Origin: Oopsacas minuta
Taxonomy: Eukaryota > Animalia > Porifera
Length of the DNA: 64,000 nt
Direction of reading: 5' to 3'
Assembly (NCBI GenBank): GCA_024704765.1
Contig: JAKMXF010000319.1
Coordinates: 220,303-284,302, forward strand
Below are positions 53,001 through 64,000 of the stretch, piece after piece. The first letter of the stretch is position 1. Every line of letters starts with the position of its first letter. Made by a program: the position numbers and the translations under genes. The notes beneath the pieces were generated by a model. The model did no database searches, was not told where the DNA came from, and saw only the letters and a program-made list of their open reading frames with translations.

Positions 53001-56000
53001 ATTTTTGACACGATTAATCATATTATCACACCTTTTTGTTCAAATTTCAATTTGATGCTAAGGACCTCGTTTCCAGAGTTAGACAGGGAGTAATTGTACG
53101 ATAATTAATTCGAATTTTATCCATTGCAAATGAAGATAAATATGAATTTATGTAGGGGACAAAATCACTTACCCCTGAGCTGCACTAGCAGTCTGTCGGC
53201 TGGTATTGAAAAACCAAATACAGAACGATGAGTAATACATTAGCTTTTATTTTTATAAATTCTATCAAACATACCATTATACATCAGGGTTTCATACAAG
53301 ATTTTTTGCTGGGGGAAGCGATTGATGGCCTATAAGAACAAACTTTTGAGGAAATTTGAAATTTCCACGAAAATTTTTCCCCGAGGCACATTGTGCCGAG
53401 TATATTCCGTCGCGTATCCACTAAAAGCATCATCAAAATGTTGCTGTTTAATACTTAAGCTCACCTGAGACCTAGCAAGCGAAATGCGCTAGCACCCAAT
53501 ATTCAGTATTAATCTTTAGGAATTTTGGGGCGGAATCCCAGTGCGCCGCCCCAATGTATGAAACCCTGTATATTTTCATACACAGATCTAGCGGATATAA
53601 ACTTCTGACACTTCAGATGCTCGCCATCAACTTTATGGATTATTTACTAAATATAGCTATGTCATGATAATAGTTTACTAGAAAACTGACCATTTCATTG
53701 GAAAAATCGTAGATTAGATAGTTTATCCTTTCGATAATAGATCTAATTATATATCTTTAAAATTGAATCGTGATTTATTCTATGAACGTACAGTAATTCC
53801 TACACTAGTATACGCTAAACGTTTCTCATCCTTCTTCTCTATAGGCCCGCAAACAAGCAGAAAATCGTATGTTTCAACAGGAGAAGGAACGCATCAAGCG
53901 ATTAGCTTATGAAAAAGCAAAGCGTGAGGCTGAAAATAAAGTACGTGTTGAGAAAGACATAATGAGAAAAAATCAATTCGAAACAGAACGTAAGAGAAAG
54001 GAACGTATGTTATCCGAAGCAGAAAGGCTAGCGAAGCAGGACGCAGCAAGAGAGGTAGCAAGTGAGTATGAGCATCGTAACCTAATGAGAAATGTTGACA
54101 ATGATAGAGAAGATGTTGATAGTAATAATTTTGCTGATGCTGGTGAAAGTCCTGTTAGAGAGGGTATGTTCTTCTATTCTATTGTCTGTTCATAGATATG
54201 CAATAAACAACCTTCATAACTAAGTTGAAATATAACGAAACTCCCGTTTAGTGCTCTGGACTAGGTTGAAACCGGTATTGATATACTATAAGGCTTATTA
54301 CACTTGGATTGAGGTCTATTTTCATTATTGACGTAATTTCTAGTATGATTAATAAGATTTATGCGGATTAATTAAGTAATATTTAATGTTGCTTAAGAAT
54401 GACCGGTTACATCTCTAGCTCTGGTCGTCACCCAATTCTGAAGGCTTCCGACTCCTGTGCGACCACAAAGCAGAACCATGGCTCCGCTCATGAATTCTGA
54501 TTTTGCTTAATAAAAGTTTTATAATACTGGAAGATTTGGCAAATATTGATATCGGTTAAAAATTTCCGATACAATACAATATAGAAAATATCCGAAATCA
54601 AAATTACAAATTTGGATATTTTTCGGTATTTTTCTGAATTCCCGTTATCTATATTTGTACAACCTTGGAATAAAAATTGCTGTTCACAATTTTGAACTGA
54701 CTGTATACTAATAAATAGAATTTAGTATTGGCGAAACTAAAGCCATTTTAGGTGGGCGACTGCCCATCCTGGAATTTGTGCGCCCACCCAGATTCAACTC
54801 CACTTTAATGCGAAAAGTATAGGACGGCGTGGGCATAACGTCATATTTGCCCACCCTGACTCGAGAGCTTGGTTGTGCCAATGGAATTTAGATTCATCCC
54901 TCGAATGTTTAGAATCTCCTGCATCCGAAAGAGATGGAGACTTGGACCTGGAGAAGATCCAACAAGCAGAAGCAAAGGCTCGAGAAGAAGCAGTGCGATT
55001 AGCAATGGATAAGGCGCAGTCTAGAGTTAGAGAAATTGAGAGGGAGAAAGTTAAACCACCACAACCTTCGGTAGAGCCCGTAAGACTCAGGAAACAACCG
55101 ATAATAACGCAAACATTAACAGACCCTATTACTTATGATTCTATAAAAATATCTGATACAACAGACAAAAATGTTGATAATCAAGATGTACTAGTAGAAA
55201 ATGATAGGGAGAGATCAGAGAAACTTTTACAAGAACGGATGCGTGCCTACATGAATACCCAAAATAAAAGGTTTGTGATTTGACTAGTTATAAGTGGACT
55301 CACAATTTGACTCAAAATGTGATTGCGGAATTTATATATACTAGCACGCTTTGCTTGCTAGGTAGCTGCGCGACAGCTTAGCGCTCCAGGTTAGCTTAAG
55401 TATTTATAGAGCTAAATTTTACAGTGTTATTGGTCGCTACGCGACAGAATATACTCAGCATTACATGCCTCGAATTCACAGAATAGTTAAAATTTTATTA
55501 TCCATGGTCTATCCAAATTACAGAGAATTGCCTTCTGTGGTGACACTGGAGATGCTATGTTGCTTTTGGTTAGTAATCTCGGCTCTTCGTCTCGAGTATT
55601 TTGGAAAATTTTGTATAGTCATGATGACAAAATAATCCCATGATTAGTTAGCTTTTGGTCAGAATCATGACACCAGAACATTTCTCACATTGAGGGGTAC
55701 CTGTGATTCAAATTTGAAACTTCACCCATGTATATTGAATGAGCAGGGGCAAATATTGTGATTTTTCAAAATCCTAAAAGGTGACAATGACGTCATCATT
55801 TCGTCATAGGTTTGAATTTTCTTCCAAGACTCTCAGGAATATTTTGTAGAAGTTTCAAACCCGTTTATTCTCACTTATGGGAGTTAAAATCGTCTTAAAT
55901 ACTTCTATATGAATTAATTCTCCCTTCTCAGCACATTGTCTATTTATCCAGGTTCAATGAGGTCAGAGCACATGAACATAGAGCTAAGGCTAAGTCATAT

Positions 56001-56312
56001 GCTGGCTTTACCAATTTATACGGAGATATAATCAATATTGAAATTAAGAAAGTAGCTAAACGTCTTGGCATTGCTGTTGATGGAGGAGCAAATACAAAAC
56101 AAAAGGAAGTTAGAATCCGAGAGATCATGCCCGGAGGTTCTGCCGCTCTAACTGCCGACGGTCTACGTGTCGGACAACAAATCCTAGAAGTTAATGGACG
56201 TACTCTGAAGGATTTGACTCACAAAGAAGCTGTGCTTACTGTGAAAGGAGCTTTCGAAGCAGATGATAAAGTCATGGAAATGGTTGTGTTAGAACCTGAG
56301 AATCAATTCTAA
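26076..56312 (+). CDS. WHRN: Whirlin (HHD1-PDZ1-PDZ2-HHD2-long charged helical region-PDZ3), 1131 aa; exons 26076-26427, 28628-28809, 29584-29881, 30523-31090, 47627-47854, 48881-49066, 50749-50881, 51423-51670, 52488-52650, 53845-54163, 54913-55270, 55952-56312
   Basis: Two LGFSIRGG PDZ motifs and two harmonin-homology-like helical domains. The last exon gives FNEVRA and LGIAVDGGANTKQ...LRVGQQILEVNG, matching whirlin PDZ3. All 11 GT-AG junctions are phase-compatible and the total of 3396 nt is divisible by 3. The 31090-47627 junction (FDRFV|QHHK) is the least certain. Confidence 0.85.
28201..28332. mobile_element. Tc1/mariner-type MITE in whirlin intron 1
   Basis: TA|cagtggagtctct ... agagactctactg|TA. 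Confidence 0.8.
31236..31480. mobile_element. Tc1/mariner/pogo-type MITE
   Basis: 23-bp TIR cagtagatgccggttataagaac / gttcttataaccggcattcactg, with a TA TSD. Confidence 0.88.
32900..34077 (-). mobile_element. Helitron-like family A copy, absent from the paralogous site at ~40855
   Basis: 3' end cgagcctttggctcgccgc at 32900 and a (CAAA)n-containing degenerate 5' end near 34077. Confidence 0.7.
33092..33538. mobile_element. hAT MITE nested in the Helitron
   Basis: TIRs tagggccggattagc / gctaacccggccctg, with an 8-bp TSD TATGTAAA at 33084-33091 and 33539-33546. Confidence 0.88.
34152..36695 (-). CDS. GMC oxidoreductase, pyranose-oxidase / C-glycoside-oxidase-like, copy 1; exons 36695-36022 and 35187-34152 (569 aa)
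   Basis: Degenerate dinucleotide fold FDYVIIGSSFCALAF and GGKSTFWSGWCP. C-terminal HEASTMRLG...VDNVYLTGASLWPSGGSWNPT gives a His/Asn catalytic pair. A phase-2 intron AG|gtgatt...tttgtag|A joins the two ORFs in frame. Confidence 0.88.
37184..37733 (+). mobile_element. Helitron-like family A copy with a demonstrable empty site
   Basis: A|TCTATAT...GGCTCG|T. Removing it gives ttattaa|taacattaat, the same length as paralogous ttattatttgcattaat at ~43924-43940, so there is no TSD. Confidence 0.8.
37800..38150 (-). pseudogene. Mariner transposase C-terminal fossil, copy 1
   Basis: Across frameshifts it reads GILLHHD, then LPHLPYSPVLAPCDVWLFPTIK...GRRF, matching the mariner HPPYSPDLAP.D motif. Confidence 0.8.
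39333..39763 (-). mobile_element. Helitron-like family A copy, head-to-head with the next copy
   Basis: Reverse strand reads A|TCTATATTATTAAATCTCAATTG at 39763, with 3' end gcgacgagccaaaggttcg|T at 39333. Confidence 0.75.
39764..40768 (+). mobile_element. Composite Helitron-like family A copy
   Basis: 5' end clipped at the inverted junction, internal ~150-bp subrepeats, a second TC end at ~40359, and 3' hairpin plus GGCTCG|T at 40768. Confidence 0.75.
40934..43463 (-). CDS. Pyranose-oxidase-like GMC oxidoreductase, copy 2; exons 43463-42790 and 41969-40934 (569 aa)
   Basis: Same structure and intron position as copy 1, with 23 amino-acid differences by my count. Confidence 0.88.
44030..44360 (-). 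pseudogene. Mariner transposase fossil, copy 2
   Basis: Reads LPHTPYSPDLATYNVWLFPTIK on the minus strand and is part of the duplicated unit. Confidence 0.8.
45465..45880 (+). mobile_element. Internal fragment of Helitron-like family A
   Basis: Matches the copy at 39850-40260 (tgtatttatcgtatttatcaaggaagtaaat...). Confidence 0.75.
48463..48636. mobile_element. Tc1/mariner-type MITE
   Basis: TA|cagtagaacctcgtt ... aacaaggttctactg|TA. Confidence 0.8.
49353..49499. mobile_element. MITE embedded in a (TA)n tract
   Basis: 27-bp TIR agctgagctatagtatagtacagtttt / aaaactgtactatagtatagctgagct (2 mismatches), with TATATATAT on both sides. Confidence 0.75.
49570..50160. repeat. Degenerate ~140-bp tandem subrepeats; a related single copy at ~52960-53200
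   Basis: Recurrent motif ttaatcatattttcacacctttt...atgctagagatttcgtttc. Confidence 0.65.
53285..53568. mobile_element. TIR-bounded non-autonomous DNA element
   Basis: Perfect 13-bp TIR cagggtttcatac / gtatgaaaccctg. No clear TSD. Confidence 0.6.
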
Positions 56313-58419
56313 TATATATTAGGAATAATCTTATTTATACTCAACGAATTGTTAATTACTCAAAATCGTATATTCTCACTTTATATTTTATATAATTTTG
56401 ATACAAACATTTTCATTTCTATATTTCAATTATACTATTTATACAACTTTTGATTCTTTACATTTACGGATACTACATTTCGTCTCAGGGCCGGGTTGCC
56501 GTATGAATTAAATTTGATTTCCATTCCCACAGGATTCTTTGTGGGAATCGCGTGAAATTCCTATTATCCCACAAGATTCCCATAGATTTCACACTTGGGA
56601 AAACCCATCGTAAGGAAATCATTCCCATAGCAACCCTGCATTTCGTTCCAGACATATTTGAATCAGGTCATTTTAAGTCCTGGAGTTGTTGCAAGAAAGA
56701 TATCCAAAGGATTAATTGCGATTTATAGGAGCCTGCCGTAAAAACTTAGTACAACAAGAATATCCATTGATATAATTGAGATAATGAAGATTGAGAATTC
56801 TTGTAAGAATGACATCATAATGTATAATGGCATAGGATATTTATAATATATCATAGATTAGTGGGATTTATACGATTTGAACCTTTCTCAACAGAATCTG
56901 AATTTCGCATTACTTTTAATAGCATTGAGTTTCTTTTGGCTATTTTACTCAACGTTCTTCTTTATTTCCCTTTCAAGAAATGTATTCATAAGACCTGCTA
57001 CCAGGGGTTGTGTGGGCCCAAGCCCCTCCACTTTTAGTGGGTTCTGTTTCATTTTTTTGGGACTATCAGAATATGTATCAATTTAAGTCACAGCTATGTC
57101 GAAAATGTTTTCAGACTGACACTGTTGATTGTAGACCCACCTCCAGCCTTTCAATTATTTAATCAGCTTCCAATTTACTCTAGCCAGTATTGATTGAAGT
57201 GACAAATGAATTGTTGGAGGCTCAGATTATCGTCAATCTCTATTTGGAAATTTGTAATGAACGATCTTAATTAAACACTTTATTCAATTATTTATTAAAA
57301 CTCAAATTTATAAATTAGCCCCCTCACTTTAATTTGCTAATTCTTATTAACAAAAATCATACCTTCGTGAATCTTCAAAATACTTTCTATCATAAGAGTT
57401 TACTTTCGAACTGGTCAAACACATAAAAATATGATTTCACAATTTTTTAGCATAGCGCTTCATACTCTTTCGAGCATTGTCTTTTTTGCAAGGTAACCGA
57501 ATAGTTCAATATTTGGTGACCAAGTGAATATCAATATTCGGTTCGATCGGTTTCAACCTTGCTTGTTTGGTGGATGACTTTAGCTAAAATTTGCTACTAT
57601 AATACTTCTAGGAAATAGAGATTCTATTTCTCATTGTTCGTTTAAATAACTGGCAGAACCAAACGCAGGATCTACTTATCAAAACATTTGAGGGGTAAAA
57701 CATCCTCCCCAATAATACCATTTTGCAAAAAATGGTATTGGGAGCCGTACCATCTAATACTAAGTTTGTCATGTCAAGGTTTTTGAAATACTCAATTAGT
57801 CATCGTACGTACATCAGTTGCCTCTTTGTTAGGAAACAATATTGCTAACTGTTTGTTATTTTCTTTATAAGGTATTAATTCATCATGGGCCTGTTTTTAT
57901 ATTGGCTCCAAGAATAGTTTGAAATCGATATCTGGATATTTAAGGTCGATATTTTTCTGGGGCAAGGCCTGCAAGCCTCTAGACCCCTATTACAGTTGCT
58001 CGTTACGCTTGCTCCGTACTTCCCCCGTATGACATGAAGGTGGTGAAACTGCGCTTATCAGTTCATGAATTCTACTGACCAATTTCTTGTGACAATACGA
58101 AGTAAACAATGCCAATTACTCGCACGAATGACTATGTACATTATTATTCCACCAATTGGGCGAACAAAGCCGACTGAATTTCCAGGAATGTGGTGAAAGT
58201 AAGCTGTAAACTTTTACATATTTGGCTTCACTCCCATCCCAAAAGACTTGTCTACTAGATTGTCTAGAATGTCTGTTATTAATCTAACATTATACAAAAG
58301 TTGATTTCATCATCGATTTCTCGATCATAACATCACTTAATTATTTGTGCAGTCATAACTTCTTGTCTTTGTAACTTCTAGTTGTACATTAGTTTCCAAT
58401 TATTATTATCTTAAATTCA

Positions 58420-58749
58420 ATGGAGTACCCAAGATTAACTGAGAGTTCGGTCCAGGATACATTGGAAAGATCAATTCAAACTTTAGAAGAACAAATACAT
58501 CGTTTAGAAGTAAAAATATCGCTTTTTCAAGTTTCCATAGACATGGAACTTGACCAGAGCAGTGAAGTGGCGAAACCTCGTGAACTGTTAAATCGTTATC
58601 GCAAACAACTATTATCAGTTCAAGTTCTTGTGACTAAATACGATTCTATATATTCTGAGTACCTAAAGCTGTCCAACAAACTAAAGAAAGAACTCAACAC
58701 AAATCATTTATTGTTAGAACTCATTGCTAAGAATATACATATGCATTAG
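58420..58749 (+). CDS. Hypothetical 109-aa coiled-coil-like protein
   Basis: ATG-initiated, single exon, heptad-like Leu/Ile spacing (IQTLEEQIHRLEVKISL). No family recognised. Confidence 0.35.
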   Translation: MEYPRLTESSVQDTLERSIQTLEEQIHRLEVKISLFQVSIDMELDQSSEVAKPRELLNRYRKQLLSVQVLVTKYDSIYSEYLKLSNKLKKELNTNHLLLELIAKNIHMH

Positions 58750-60816
58750 TGTATATTATTCTGGTTATCGAATATATATAGCAGTATCAGGGATTTGTGT
58801 AACTGTAGGAGTTTTAGAAAGTTTTGGGGAAGCTTAATGCTAACTCTGTGTCGACCTTGATTTGGTATTCATTTCAGAAAGGCGGGAATTATTAAAACTC
58901 CACCGTTGTATTCATTTAATTCGGTGTATTGTGTATACACTAGAACTTGGATAAGACGCATCATTAGCCCTTCGGAAACAAAAATTAGTGTATTTGTACG
59001 TCTTATCCGGATTGGTATTGCATTGCAAATTTACAATGAAATATGATCAATTTTTGGTGTATAAGAATAGTACGTCTTAATCCGAATTCTACTCTATATT
59101 GTATGTACCAATTTTCTTGTTAATCAAACTGCTAGATTATACATTAGAATTATCACATCTTTCTATGAATATTTAAAGTGAGGTTGGAAAAATGGCATGA
59201 TTAACTCTAAACTGCATAGCCGCCAATAGTGCCATTATAGACGGGCAATTCCTGCCTATGTTTTGAATATGGGCCAGCATTCCATAAAAATAAATTGAAA
59301 AAACTGACTCTCCTGGACAGAAACTTACAAAATACTTACACAAAAACTGGACATCCCACTTACCGAGTTTATGTCGGTACTTCTTTTTGATAACTAAAAG
59401 TAACAATTATCAAATATGTATTTGTTAACGTACTGCAGTACAATTCGGATAAGACGCATTATTAGCCCTTCAGAAACTGTACTGATTTTTGATCCCGAAG
59501 GGCTAATGATGCGTCTTATCAGAATATTTTTCCTACAATTGGACAATATTGAAGATCCCTTTTTTGAGAAATTACATACTAACCGAATGTACGCCTAAGC
59601 CGAGTGCGTCTTATCTGCGTTAAACTAAAAGGGTGGCTTTTTTGATAAAAGCATGAAACATTCCATTGATTTAGAGTAACCAGTTGGTTACTCTAATTCA
59701 ATTTTCTGTCGATAATCGCCATCAGCGTAAAATTCCCCTTCGTTTAAGTGGTCACTTGAATATGTTTGGGAATATTTTTTCCCTGACAACGCAGGAATGT
59801 CTCAGGAGTGTGGTAACATTCCGCTCTGAAAAATTGTCCTAGACCTATAGAAAATTGATTTAATCGTCTGTATATGTGAGAACTATAATTGTAAATGTAT
59901 AGAATATTATTAAGATGTAACAGGGCATATTCTCAATATATTTTTGCTGAGTTGGTCAGAAAAATTTTCATTTGAAAAGTCCAGTAACTACGCTTCTTCA
60001 GATTAGGGCCGTCAAGAGCCAGAACGGGCCCCGGGTTAAGTTTTAATGCTGGCCCTAGTGATATTTTGCAACAATATTGAGGCTTACACGTGGATTAACA
60101 AACTAGAGGTTACTGGGGTTACTTAACTTTTAGAAGTCAATGTCATCTCGCTACATTAATCGCTTTGGAATTCAAAATACAATTGAGACAATCGGAACAG
60201 TTGGCACTTGGCAAGCATAGTTTATATATCTGCCAACTGTACGGGAATTTTTACTATGTTAGTTGTTCTGTACAGGACAGGGATTTAGTAGATTTGTACA
60301 CATAGATTTTCGTCGAGATAAACTGATACAGGCGTCAGAGACCATTTTCGAGATGGTTCCATGTCTATAATTACTTCTTATGGTATGTGGATATTATGTA
60401 GAAAGTTTTGCGCTTTAATCCAAAAATGCACACTATCGTGAGATAGGACATAACAACTCTCCTATATATGTTGTGAAGCAATCTGACCAAACCGCTCCAA
60501 ATTGTGTAACTAGAGGCACGCGTTGACTAAGGTGAAGAAATATGACAGCTAGAAAACGACTCAATAAAATAATGGACATATATGAGCCAAAAACCTGGAC
60601 GATGGTCACCCTGGCTGCCTGGCATAGCATTGATTTCCCCCTATCTTCCCCAAATATACACCAAATTAGTAAATACGTATTGCAGAAAATTAATTCAATA
60701 AAAAGAGTATAAACAGTCAAAAATCAGTATATACAAAATTAGTAAATTTGTTTAGAGAATCAATTCAATAAAATCAGTATATACACTTGAAAACAATCCA
60801 AAAAGTCAAGCATTAG

Positions 60817-62031
60817 TTATGTAGGAGTCCCCTCAGAACAAGCATAGTCTTGACTATCTCCATTGTAGGTATAGCCGTATAGAATGAAATCATTAAGAAA
60901 TATCTGGTGAAGTTTCTCACGGAGATTATGTGGAATATCACGGAAGTACTCATTACACTTTTCACGTGTGGCCGTTCTGGGATATTTTTCGAAATATATG
61001 GGAATATTTGATTCATTGTTTTTCTGGAGATAATCAACCAAGATTTGTGATTCTTCAGCAATGAAATCATGGTCAATAAGAATGTCATAATTTGACATAC
61101 AAGGGTTGCATAGTTGAGTAATTGGGGACCAATGAGGATTTAATTTTTTCAACATGTCCCTATCCAAGAAGCTAGCCACCCAAGTAACAAACTCTAAAAA
61201 TGTAATGTTCAAGTCTCTTCCGCGTAATTTGATACGTTGTTCCTGTTTCTTAATTTCTTGCTCATCTAATGACATCTGAGCTTTTGACTTATCCTCCAGA
61301 TAATTGACTGTAATGATATCCTTAGCGTACCTAGCAGCGAGATAGAAATTATTACCACTAAATTTGCTACAATAGCCTGAGACAAGCCGTTCGAATGGGT
61401 GTCTGTAAACGAAGAATTTGGTGTATGTTTGTACGCGACGTGCTGTATCCAAGGGAGGACTCAAATATTCAAATAGATTAAATTTTGAATACTTCAATTT
61501 TCCTTCATACCCTAACATACTTGCGAATTTTATTGCCCATATATGGGACCCAGCTTTCGGTACCACACAATTTAACACCTCATAATCATCATTAAATCTC
61601 ATGAAATAATCACCAGCCCGAGTATTGAGTAAATAGTTCGATTCGCTTTGTATTTTCCTGCATTTTTCTTCAACCGAATTTCTACGCTCCAAGAACTTAG
61701 GATAAACTTGTGCCAGAGGATGATTACCTTTACTTTTCATTGCTTTTACGTATTCATCAGTAAGGATAATTTGATAACCTTTGATACTTATCAACATTGT
61801 ACCATTCCAGTTATCTCTGTATTCAATCCATGATGAATTTAATCTAATATCAATTGTAACATCCTCTCCTTTGAATGTTTCAGGTCTGTTATGTAGTCCT
61901 AGCTTCTCTAGGATTACTGATATTTTATACTTCTCTGATTGCATAGAAAAATAATGATAGATGCATCCAGTGAGAAATAGGAATGCCAGGAATACGGAAG
62001 TATATTTACATCTCTTCGAACATATTATCAT
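60817..62031 (-). CDS. Carbohydrate sulfotransferase (CHST / HNK-1ST, Sulfotransfer_2 family), type II membrane protein, 404 aa, intronless
   Basis: N-terminal TM segment VFLAFLFLTGCIY, 5'-PSB CVVPKAGS, 3'-PB FVYRHPFERLVSGY, HWSPITQLCNPC and terminal DFILYGY. Confidence 0.9.
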   Translation of the reverse strand: MIICSKRCKYTSVFLAFLFLTGCIYHYFSMQSEKYKISVILEKLGLHNRPETFKGEDVTIDIRLNSSWIEYRDNWNGTMLISIKGYQIILTDEYVKAMKSKGNHPLAQVYPKFLERRNSVEEKCRKIQSESNYLLNTRAGDYFMRFNDDYEVLNCVVPKAGSHIWAIKFASMLGYEGKLKYSKFNLFEYLSPPLDTARRVQTYTKFFVYRHPFERLVSGYCSKFSGNNFYLAARYAKDIITVNYLEDKSKAQMSLDEQEIKKQEQRIKLRGRDLNITFLEFVTWVASFLDRDMLKKLNPHWSPITQLCNPCMSNYDILIDHDFIAEESQILVDYLQKNNESNIPIYFEKYPRTATREKCNEYFRDIPHNLREKLHQIFLNDFILYGYTYNGDSQDYACSEGTPT

Positions 62032-62759
62032 GTTTACAGGATAACTCTAATTACCTTACTATTCTTGGATAAATTTAGCTTTTACACAAAAACACTTGTT
62101 AATTACTACCCAGAGTTATGTTCGAATTACCAACAATACAAAGCAGGGGCCTCAGTTCCGTGGGGGCGGGGTGGCTCGCCCCCCCCCCCGGTGTTGAAAA
62201 GAGCCAGAAATTCGGGGGTTGCCCCCCCCACCCAGTTTCTTTGAAAAAATTATGCTAACTTGAAAATATTTTAATATTCCAATTTTCTAGTTTACTCAAT
62301 GTACTGCAGTAAATATGTGGTACATGATTGTAATACTTAATACTTCTATTCGATTAAAAAAATTTTATATATGCATCTGTAATGAATGTTCATTTTGGCC
62401 TTCAACGGACTGAGAATCGGGATTACTGTCCGGAGAAGTGAGCGATGTTTGTGCGAAAAAAATGTTTTAATAGCGGCTGGGCATGCTTGGGATTCTAAGC
62501 GAGACGCTCGGAATAATATGACATGAATACTGTTAAGAATAATTTGGGATCAGATCACGTATTAGCAATTATTAGAATTTATTGAATTAATAGAGTACTT
62601 GACTGTTTGTATTTATAGTTGAAAACACATTCAGTATATATTATTCACACTCTAGTGTCTAGACCCTCTTATTGTTCAATTCGAAGTAACACAAACTATT
62701 GATTCCATAATAGAGAATCCTACTAAATCAATTTCTCTGATTGTCTCAATTTCTGAAAA

Positions 62760-62810
62760 TCTATATTATTAAATCTCAATTGTGGTTTGTTTGTTTGTTT
62801 GTTTGTCTAG
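62760..62810 (+). mobile_element. Isolated Helitron family A 5' end; a degenerate internal piece lies at ~63200-63350
   Basis: A|TCTATATTATTAAATCTCAATTG followed by (GTTT)n. Confidence 0.6.
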
Positions 62811-63369
62811 CTAGCAATACTTGGAACTATCTATTACTGAGTGTAGTAGCCAGCATTCGACATCTTTTCCTAACACTATTAAGAGTTCTTTAAATATATA
62901 TTTATGACTCAGTAGCCGCTTCGCTTACTTGTGCTGTGCGGTATGCGAACACAAAGTGTTCGCATATAACTCGGCTCTTCGTGTCTCGAATTTTTTCAAA
63001 ACTATTATTTACACATGAGTACCTTAAAGTGCGAAATTCAGTATCAACATACTCATCCCTAACATAATCGTATAAACCAAGTTTCAAATATTATTTAGAA
63101 ATTTCTTTACTTTATACACCTAAACAAAAACAAATAATCACAATACTTTGTTGACAATATCAAATTTGAAATAAGTGAACTCTATTACCCTAGAATAATC
63201 GTTTACAAAGTTTCTGGAACTATTTCAAATTAGTTCACTTTAGATATAAAACAACAATATATGTAGATATGGGAAACCCGAAAATGCGAAATTCGTCAGC
63301 GTACTCATGAATATCGTTTAGAGCAAGTCTCGACGTATATTTTAAGATTTCAATTATGTACAGTGGGAC

Positions 63370-64000
63370 CAGTGGCGTAGCCAGGAATAGTTGGAAGGGG
63401 GGGGGCAATTAAAATTATTTATTACACTAAACATAACAAATAACCTAATTACCAATATATTATATTACGTGTATCAATTTATTTTTAATGAATATACTAT
63501 GAATGATGTCTATAGAAATCTAATCAACACAGCACATACTAAGATAATTGTAATCTCCTATCTGCCATGGATACAAACTTAGAAATGAGGTCTTCATTAT
63601 CTAGAGAAAGCAGAATTTCTTTCTCTATTGAGCAAAACATCAATGATTCTAGACAATCTTCGCACATTGTAGACCGTAACTTAGTTTTAATCAAAGACAA
63701 TTTGGAAAAACTTCTTTCTGCATGGGCTGTAGTCACTGGGAGTGTGTATAATATTCGATACATGTAGCGGAGTTCTGTGTATGAATGAGGTAATTCGTTA
63801 TAAACATCAAGTAAAGGAGTGTCTTGTTGTATAAAATGCCTTGCTAGGTTCCATTCAGCTATAAAACGGTCTGGAGATATTCTTTTGTATTGATGAACAA
63901 GTTTTAGAAGATTTTCCTCTGCGTCAATGGCTTCAAAATTCCTTGGATCCAAAAATGCAAAATTAATTAATTGATTGGGGAAGCGAGAATTAATCTCAGA
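63370..64000 (-). mobile_element. End of a hAT transposon (runs off the window)
   Basis: Terminus cagtggcgtagccagg...ggggggggc at 63370, downstream of the transposase C-terminal ORF. Confidence 0.7.
63539..63952 (-). CDS. hAT transposase C-terminal dimerisation domain (ZMYM1-like), partial
   Basis: LYTLPVTTAHAERSFSKLSLIKTKLRSTM is the hATC signature. Confidence 0.85.
   Translation of the reverse strand: MDPRNFEAIDAEENLLKLVHQYKRISPDRFIAEWNLARHFIQQDTPLLDVYNELPHSYTELRYMYRILYTLPVTTAHAERSFSKLSLIKTKLRSTMCEDCLESLMFCSIEKEILLSLDNEDLISKFVSMADRRLQLS

Noticed and set aside
1-64000. rRNA, tRNA or snRNA genes
   Set aside because: No recognisable conserved RNA motifs or cloverleaf structures were seen by eye. 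A covariance-model search would be needed to exclude them.

Overview
This is AT-rich eukaryotic (animal) genomic DNA with GT-AG introns and dense small transposons. The gene content would fit an early-branching metazoan such as a glass sponge, but that is inference only. Ordinary animal genes are a 3-exon SBK1-like Ser/Thr kinase (2095-5561, +), a 12-exon whirlin (26076-56312, +, 1131 aa with all splice phases consistent) and a CHST-type carbohydrate sulfotransferase (60817-62031, -). Between and inside them lies an island of microbial-type redox genes. It comprises a sarcosine-oxidase-family flavoenzyme, two L-amino-acid-oxidase-like genes in a 2.6-kb inverted duplication, and a nitrobindin-like heme beta-barrel gene lying between that pair. 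It also includes two pyranose-oxidase-like GMC genes in tandem, nested antisense in a 16.5-kb whirlin intron. Both duplicate pairs have diverged mainly by clustered amino-acid changes near predicted active sites. A secreted DNase I homolog with substituted metal ligands sits in the same island. Four frameshifts are each repaired by one extra base in a homopolymer and are probably assembly errors. Non-autonomous Helitron-like elements, hAT and Tc1/mariner MITEs, a duplicated mariner fossil and a hAT transposase end make up much of the rest, and Helitron termini lie at or next to one breakpoint of each duplication. No rRNA, tRNA or CRISPR array was seen. All homology calls are by eye from motifs; no database search was run.
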